Assembly (NCBI GenBank): GCA_038279365.1 | Contig: JAYODI010000049.1 | Span: forward strand, 9,532-43,731 | DNA length: 34,200 nucleotides | Direction of reading: 5' to 3' | From: Candidatus Latescibacterota bacterium | Lineage (GTDB): Bacteria > Latescibacterota > UBA2968 | Part shown: positions 29,315-34,200 of the stretch, in pieces | How the letters are laid out: each line of letters opens with the position of its first letter | How positions within the stretch are numbered: position 1 is the first letter of the stretch | Program-made: the position numbers and the translations under genes | Notes under the pieces: generated by a model | The model's input: the letters and a program-made list of their open reading frames with translations, nothing else | Database searches by the model: none | What the model was told of the DNA's origin: nothing

Positions 29315-29358
29315 AAAAAAAAGCGGAGATTCTCATATTGAGAATCTCCGCTTTTTTT
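29315..29358. terminator. Bidirectional terminator between convergent genes
   Basis: aaaaaaagcggagattctca / tgagaatctccgcttttttt. Confidence 0.9.
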
Positions 29359-29375
29359 CATGATGTTCAAAGGGA

Positions 29376-29738
29376 TTACGTTTCGTCTTTTGGCGCATTC
29401 CCTTTTTTTTCGGCTTTGGACCAAATGAGACGCTCAAATTTGAGTTGGGCTTCTTCTTCTTCTTGGTTGGCTTCTTGTAACATGCGGGAGATGATGCGGG
29501 CCAAACGCTCGGGATCTTTTACGCCGATGCCATACATCGTTTTGAGTTCTTTTACTTGGCGTTGTTTGGCAGTGAGTGGTGCCACCGTTTTTTTGACTGT
29601 TTTTTTGGTTGTTTTGGGGGCCGTTTGGCCTTTGCGCATGGGGGCTTGGTCTTTGCCGGGTTCTGTTAACGTGAGGCGTTGTTTGAGTGGGCGCAACAGG
29701 CGTTCTGTCCATCCTTTGTTGTTTGATTTTTTACCCAT
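29376..29738 (-). CDS. Hypothetical basic protein with a FliF-C-terminus-like motif
   Basis: GAGGA RBS before ATG 29738; ends at the bidirectional terminator. Lys/Thr-rich linker followed by helical KDPERLARIISRMLQE. Confidence 0.7.
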   Translation of the reverse strand: MGKKSNNKGWTERLLRPLKQRLTLTEPGKDQAPMRKGQTAPKTTKKTVKKTVAPLTAKQRQVKELKTMYGIGVKDPERLARIISRMLQEANQEEEEAQLKFERLIWSKAEKKGNAPKDET

Positions 29739-29920
29739 TGGGTGTTCCTCTTGGCGCAAATACCATTCACTAATGGTTGATAACTGTCAATGGGCGGATG
29801 TCTGCCATTGGCAGCAGATATGACTATCTCAATGTTTAATATAGGGATAAAATGGGTTTTATGCCAATGGTACAATTCATGCTATTTGTTTGTGTATATC
29901 ATTTTATTTTGGAGATCAGA

Positions 29921-30286
29921 ATGTTGAAATCGACCGATACTGAGGTTTTAGAGACATTTGGCTCATTACCAGAACTACATACACGCCGATCTTTGGGTGC
30001 GATGCTTGTTTTTAAACGACAAACATCTTCAAAAGAGATTGAAACAGATGTGAATGGGTCATTTGATTTGGATGATCCAGCAATATTAAAACGTTGGGAA
30101 AGGCGTTTGGGAAGTCGAATTTACCGTGTTTACGGTTATGCGCCAGAAGCTGGCTGGGAATTTTTTGCTTTGCTTGAATTTGGTGATTTGGAAGTGTGGC
30201 AACACCTGCAACAATATTTGGATACATCTGGTTTTAGTACATATTATGCGTGGAATATTGTGGCTTTGGGACGTCGCATGAGGTGA
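29921..30286 (+). CDS. Hypothetical protein (possible small alpha+beta fold)
   Basis: GGAG RBS before ATG 29921. Protein-like composition (WEFFALLEFGDLEVWQHL). Followed by a hairpin. Confidence 0.65.
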   Translation: MLKSTDTEVLETFGSLPELHTRRSLGAMLVFKRQTSSKEIETDVNGSFDLDDPAILKRWERRLGSRIYRVYGYAPEAGWEFFALLEFGDLEVWQHLQQYLDTSGFSTYYAWNIVALGRRMR

Positions 30287-30308
30287 GGGCGGTCATCATG
30301 GACGAATG

Positions 30309-30370
30309 AAAGGTCACGCGTTAAAGGTTTTTTTCCGTCACCCCGGGACAACTTTGACGCGTGACCTTTT
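30309..30370. terminator. Long hairpin, probable bidirectional terminator
   Basis: aaaggtcacgcgttaaag / ctttgacgcgtgaccttt with a 25-nt loop, between convergent genes. Confidence 0.7.
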
Positions 30371-31588
30371 TTAATTTGTGAGCGGTGTGTTGGTGGTTAT
30401 GGCCAGTTTTCGAAAGGCTATTTGACGCGGGAAAAACACGCCTCTTATCAGACCTAAAATTTTCCAAGAGGCCAAATCGATAACGGTTACAGCTGGACCA
30501 CCTGCAAGCTGTGAAAACGTGGCCACATAAGCTTTTTTACCATCTGGCGTCAGGCCCAAAACACTGGAATCGTCGGCAATGCGCAAGGTGCGTAAAATTA
30601 GGTTGCGTTGGGCATCAATGGCTAAGAGGATACCATCTGCACTGACATAGAGAATTTGTCCATCGGGTGAAAGTTCGGCACCAAAACCAGATTCTTGATC
30701 TAACTGAATGGCACCCACAATGAGATCTGTGCGGGTATCTATGACATTGACCACACCCCTTGTGAGATTGGTGACATAAGCACGCAGACCGTCATTGGTG
30801 ATTTCCACTTCACCCGGAACGGCACCGATGGCAATATGCTTGAACACAATGAGCGAGCCCACATCAATAACGGCAATATTTTGGTCTGCCTGATTGGCCA
30901 CATAAAGTTTGCGCCCATCGGGGGTGATGTTGATGTCGATGGGGCGGTTGCCAACCAAAACAGAGTCGAGGGTGACACCATTGACCACATCAACAACGCG
31001 TATGAGGTCGGCGACTTCGTCGGTTACGTAGGCACGTGTGCCATCGGGGCTTAAAACGGCTTTGCCACGCGATTTAACGGGCACACTAAAATTAACCAAG
31101 TGGGATGGGGTGATGTTAAAAAAACCAAAAACTTCAGAAACATAGATGTCTTGCTGATTTGGAGAAATGATAACGCCCCCAGGCCCTCGAAATGGCAAAT
31201 AGTCAATAATCAAGTGAGATTCTGAGTCTAAAACCATAACTGCACTGTCGTCGGAGTCGGCAATGTAGATGTTGTATTTTTCACCCGTTGTGGTTTGTGC
31301 TTGGGCTTGTGTGTTGCCATAGTGGGTACTAAAAGAGGTGAAATCGGAGAAATTGGTGGCGCCATTGCCATCAAAGTCGGTTTGTGGGTTGTAATTTGCA
31401 TCACCCGACTGAGCACCAAAACTGCGCAAAAAAATGAGAAAATCGGTAAACCCAACAATACCATCGTTGTCTAAATCGGCGGCGGCGGGACCTGAAGCCA
31501 TCCAGTGAACGGTGGTTTCTGCACGAACGTCCCGCCCGGCCAGGACAAGCATGAGAAAAAGGAGTACCACACAATAGCATTTTCTCAT
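30371..31588 (-). CDS. Secreted YncE/YVTN-type beta-propeller protein with N-terminal dockerin/EF-hand-like repeat pair
   Basis: Signal peptide (VRA). ADLDNDGIVGFTDFLIF...FG and DFDGNGATNFSDF...YG. Repeated (S/T)PDGxxxYV(T/A) blades. Confidence 0.88.
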   Translation of the reverse strand: MRKCYCVVLLFLMLVLAGRDVRAETTVHWMASGPAAADLDNDGIVGFTDFLIFLRSFGAQSGDANYNPQTDFDGNGATNFSDFTSFSTHYGNTQAQAQTTTGEKYNIYIADSDDSAVMVLDSESHLIIDYLPFRGPGGVIISPNQQDIYVSEVFGFFNITPSHLVNFSVPVKSRGKAVLSPDGTRAYVTDEVADLIRVVDVVNGVTLDSVLVGNRPIDINITPDGRKLYVANQADQNIAVIDVGSLIVFKHIAIGAVPGEVEITNDGLRAYVTNLTRGVVNVIDTRTDLIVGAIQLDQESGFGAELSPDGQILYVSADGILLAIDAQRNLILRTLRIADDSSVLGLTPDGKKAYVATFSQLAGGPAVTVIDLASWKILGLIRGVFFPRQIAFRKLAITTNTPLTN

Positions 31589-31658
31589 AGGGACGTTTCC
31601 TTTCTGGTGAAAAGCGAATGAGAAGTGGGAAAATCAGGTAAGAAGTAGCAAGACATGT

Positions 31659-32315
31659 TTAGAGCGCTTCATCTGGGGGTGTCATATTGGTAACGACTTG
31701 AACGAGATTGCCACCCGATGACTTTGCTTTGTAAAGTGCTTCATTCAAGCGGCCAAATATGGTTTCAACTTGTTCTTTTTCATGAGGTGCTTGTGAGGGT
31801 GTCCAAGCGACGATGCCTGCACTGGCCGTAATTTGGGCCGTGGTGTCACCACAGGTAAATGTGTGGCTTCGAATGCGTGCCCGAAGCATGTTGGCACGTG
31901 CTTTGACATCTTCAAGATTTGCTTCGGGTAAGATGATGGCAAAGTGTGAACCGTCGAGATGACCTACTGTTAGGTTTTCGGGCAATAAGGTTTTGAGAAA
32001 CGCTCCCAAACCTTTTAGTACTTGGTCTCCTGCCATGCGCCCATGGGTTTCGTTGATGGGGCCCAAATCGTCGGCTGAGAGTAAGATAAACCCAATGGTT
32101 GTTTGGGTTTGCACTGCATTTTGGATTGCTTGGGGTGCCAATGCACGTAAAAAGGATATTTTGTTGGGTAGGCCTGTGAGGGCATCTGTGCCTGCTAAGC
32201 GTGCCCACCGCCTGTTTTCTGCGCGAAGGCGCGTGACTTCTTGTTGCAACGCCCGATTTTCTTGTTCGAGGTTTTGTAAACGTTGTTCAAGTGGGATATC
32301 GGCCATAAAACCCAT
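31659..32315 (-). CDS. Coiled-coil plus degenerate GGDEF-domain protein
   Basis: TDALTGLPN, INETHGRMAGDQVL, ITASAG, ALYKAKSSGGN. The active-site motif reads HLDGSHF instead of RxGGDEF. Confidence 0.88.
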   Translation of the reverse strand: MGFMADIPLEQRLQNLEQENRALQQEVTRLRAENRRWARLAGTDALTGLPNKISFLRALAPQAIQNAVQTQTTIGFILLSADDLGPINETHGRMAGDQVLKGLGAFLKTLLPENLTVGHLDGSHFAIILPEANLEDVKARANMLRARIRSHTFTCGDTTAQITASAGIVAWTPSQAPHEKEQVETIFGRLNEALYKAKSSGGNLVQVVTNMTPPDEAL

Positions 32316-32385
32316 GGGGTATCTGCGTCTAAATGTGCAGATCCTTCTTTAGAGTGTTTGGTGTGGGATTTGGTTCCTTTAATTT

Positions 32386-32874
32386 TTATGTAGAGCCAAC
32401 AGATCGTAGGAGTTCATATAATATGATGCCACTTGCAACAGAGACATTGAGCGATACTTTTTGTCCACACATTGGGATATGAACAATGCCGTCACAGGCT
32501 TCGAGCGTTGAACGGCTTACCCCTTCTACTTCGTTTCCAACAACAACGGCTACGGGTTTTTGATAGGCAAAGGTGCGATAGTCCACACTTGTAGGGGTTT
32601 TTTCCAGTGCAACAACTTGTATGTTTTGCTCTTGGAGATATTGAATAACTGCAAGGGTATCTCGTTGGTATAAATAAGGAACGGTTTCATCGGCCCCTAA
32701 GGCCACCCGATTGATTTCTTTGCGTGGAGGTTGCCCCGTGAAACCTGTTAGATAAACGCCTGATGCATGGATGCCATCGGCAGATCGGAAGATGGCACCC
32801 ACATTAAAAAGCGACCGCACATTTTCGACTATGATATAAATGGGATGGGTATGTTCACCGGATAATAAATGCAT
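32386..32874 (-). CDS. TrmH/SpoU-family RNA 2'-O-methyltransferase
   Basis: ENVRSLFNVGAIFRSAD, VVGNEVEGV, HIPMCGQKVSLNVSVASGIILYE. Confidence 0.92.
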   Translation of the reverse strand: MHLLSGEHTHPIYIIVENVRSLFNVGAIFRSADGIHASGVYLTGFTGQPPRKEINRVALGADETVPYLYQRDTLAVIQYLQEQNIQVVALEKTPTSVDYRTFAYQKPVAVVVGNEVEGVSRSTLEACDGIVHIPMCGQKVSLNVSVASGIILYELLRSVGST

Positions 32875-32908
32875 AAATTTTAGAACGACAAAGGTCTTAC
32901 TTTGTGTA

Positions 32909-32965
32909 TTAAAGACAAAATAGGCCACCTCGGTTGACCACCAAGGTGGCTTATTTTGTCTTTAA
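32909..32965. terminator. Long hairpin terminator after the YtxH-like gene
   Basis: ttaaagacaaaataggccacctcggt / accaaggtggcttattttgtctttaa. Confidence 0.7.
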
Positions 32966-32972
32966 AAAATTT

Positions 32973-33209
32973 TTAAGATTCAGATGGAAGGTCTTCTGCT
33001 TCGAGCGTTTCTTCAGAACGGGCTTCGTCTGTTTGGGCAACGCCGTTCATTTTGCTTCTGACACGCAAGGTAGCATCTTCGAGTCGGTTTCGTGTGCGGC
33101 GACCTGCTTCTGAACCTAAGAATACGCCAATGACACCGCCAATGATAACGCCAATTAAAATACCTGTCCAAAAAAAGTCGCGGTGTACTTGTACTTCACG
33201 ATGCCACAT
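32973..33209 (-). CDS. YtxH-like small membrane protein
   Basis: GGAGG RBS. Gly-zipper TM segment (FWTGILIGVIIGGVIGVFLG) followed by SEAGRRTRNRL. Confidence 0.75.
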   Translation of the reverse strand: MWHREVQVHRDFFWTGILIGVIIGGVIGVFLGSEAGRRTRNRLEDATLRVRSKMNGVAQTDEARSEETLEAEDLPSES

Positions 33210-33228
33210 GTAATCCTCCAAGGGTTAT

Positions 33229-33585
33229 TTAATGATCGCGTTGGTTCTTAAATTTCTCGTCTTGTTTGAGCATACGCTTTAACACACGTGCGGCGGCTTC
33301 GGCATCTTTGCCTGTTAGATTAAACCGTTCGCCAAGTCGATCTGCAGTACTGAGACCATCGTTCTCACCACCTTTACCCCTAACACTGCTTTTCTTTTTA
33401 CCTGTGTTGCCCGTGAGAAATTCATCTTCTATATTCGTGTCTGATAAAGCATTTGATCCTTTGTTACCCAAGGAAGGCAAATTGAGTGTGCCTCCTCTTT
33501 TGGTCCAAAAATTAACGCCCAAAAGTACCACAAGAAGTGCAACAATGATGATGAGGAGTTGTGAGATTTCTTCGCCAAAAGTCAT
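33229..33585 (-). CDS. Single-pass membrane protein with a FliF-C-terminus-like motif
   Basis: N-terminal TM (LLIIIVALLVVLLGVNFW), Gly/Ser/Lys-rich linker, then helical KDAEAAARVLKRMLKQ. Confidence 0.7.
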   Translation of the reverse strand: MTFGEEISQLLIIIVALLVVLLGVNFWTKRGGTLNLPSLGNKGSNALSDTNIEDEFLTGNTGKKKSSVRGKGGENDGLSTADRLGERFNLTGKDAEAAARVLKRMLKQDEKFKNQRDH

Positions 33586-33734
33586 TGGATTTGATTGGGA
33601 ATAAGGTTTCGAATATTGAACATGATCGCTTGATTTTTGCCACGTTTATAATTTCGCTGATACATTGGGTGAAGTCAAGGAGGAATCGCGCAATGTGATG
33701 GCCGGTGATCTCTGGGGATTCACACGGGTACGTC

Positions 33735-34112
33735 TTATTCAGCCTTTGTGGGTTGAAAAACGGTTTTTGCAGTGTTGAGGGCATCCCAGGTGGCTGGAAA
33801 TCCACCAAAGGCACACATTTGTAAGATGACTTCTTCCAGTTCTTGTTGTGTGGCACCTGCTCCCAAAGCCCGTTGGATGTGAACGCGGAGCTGATCTTGG
33901 CGGCCTAAGACAGTAAGGGCAGAGACAGTACACAGCAGTCGGGTTTTTAAGTCTAATCCATCTCTGGCATAAAGATCTGCCATTACAAATTCCATGACAA
34001 AACGCTCGAAGTCGGGGTGAAGTTCCCGAAAACGCTCACAAATGGCATTTGCTTGGTCGTTGCCAACCATTTCGCGCATCAATTCTAAGCCTTTTTCATA
34101 GCGGTCAGACAT
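33735..34112 (-). CDS. Carboxymuconolactone decarboxylase (CMD) family protein
   Basis: RYEKGLELMREMVG, LYARDGLDLKTR, LRVHIQRAL..GAT..ELEEVILQ...GGFP. AAGGAG RBS. Confidence 0.9.
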   Translation of the reverse strand: MSDRYEKGLELMREMVGNDQANAICERFRELHPDFERFVMEFVMADLYARDGLDLKTRLLCTVSALTVLGRQDQLRVHIQRALGAGATQQELEEVILQMCAFGGFPATWDALNTAKTVFQPTKAE

Positions 34113-34145
34113 TGTCAGCTCCTTTGGGGACAGCAATTAAAAATT

Positions 34146-34200
34146 CAAACGGCAAACGGCAAACGGCAAACGGCAAACGGCAAACGGCAAACGGCAAACG
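34146..34200 (+). repeat. Perfect heptamer microsatellite (CAAACGG)x7+, runs off the window end
   Basis: Seven full caaacgg units plus caaacg. Same unit as the 5694 and 23981 arrays. Confidence 0.95.

Overview
This is bacterial chromosomal DNA. The dockerin/EF-hand-like 'DxDxDG.V.F.DF..F...FG' repeat, the sulfatase and the sugar-acid enzymes suggest a Gram-negative, possibly Latescibacterota/FCB-type organism (inference). Bases 1-29293 are a long run of + strand genes: tig (partial)-clpP-clpX-yihA, a DSD1/D-threonine-aldolase-family PLP enzyme, a class V aminotransferase, serA, purA, then a 1.4 kb gene-poor interval, moaA, a nitrite/sulfite reductase with a HEPN-like tail, a conserved hypothetical, a 7Fe-type ferredoxin, gltB-gltD, a TonB-dependent receptor, and a TIM-barrel/IlvD-Edd/enolase-family/sulfatase catabolic cluster. 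Bases 29376-34112 are mostly small - strand genes: a secreted beta-propeller, a degenerate GGDEF protein, SpoU, YtxH-like, CMD and hypotheticals. The best unexplained signal is in the purA-moaA gap: a near-consensus sigma28 promoter driving a ~70-nt ORF-less RNA made of two GGA-loop (CsrA-type) hairpins ending in a terminator. The same gap holds a second structured RNA candidate with an anti-SD loop and a relic of an NHLP-bacteriocin secretion gene. Also notable: two small proteins share a FliF-C-terminus-like motif, trigger factor has a His/Asp-rich insert, there are two REP doublets, and many spacers carry inverted 7-8-nt-period repeat arms.
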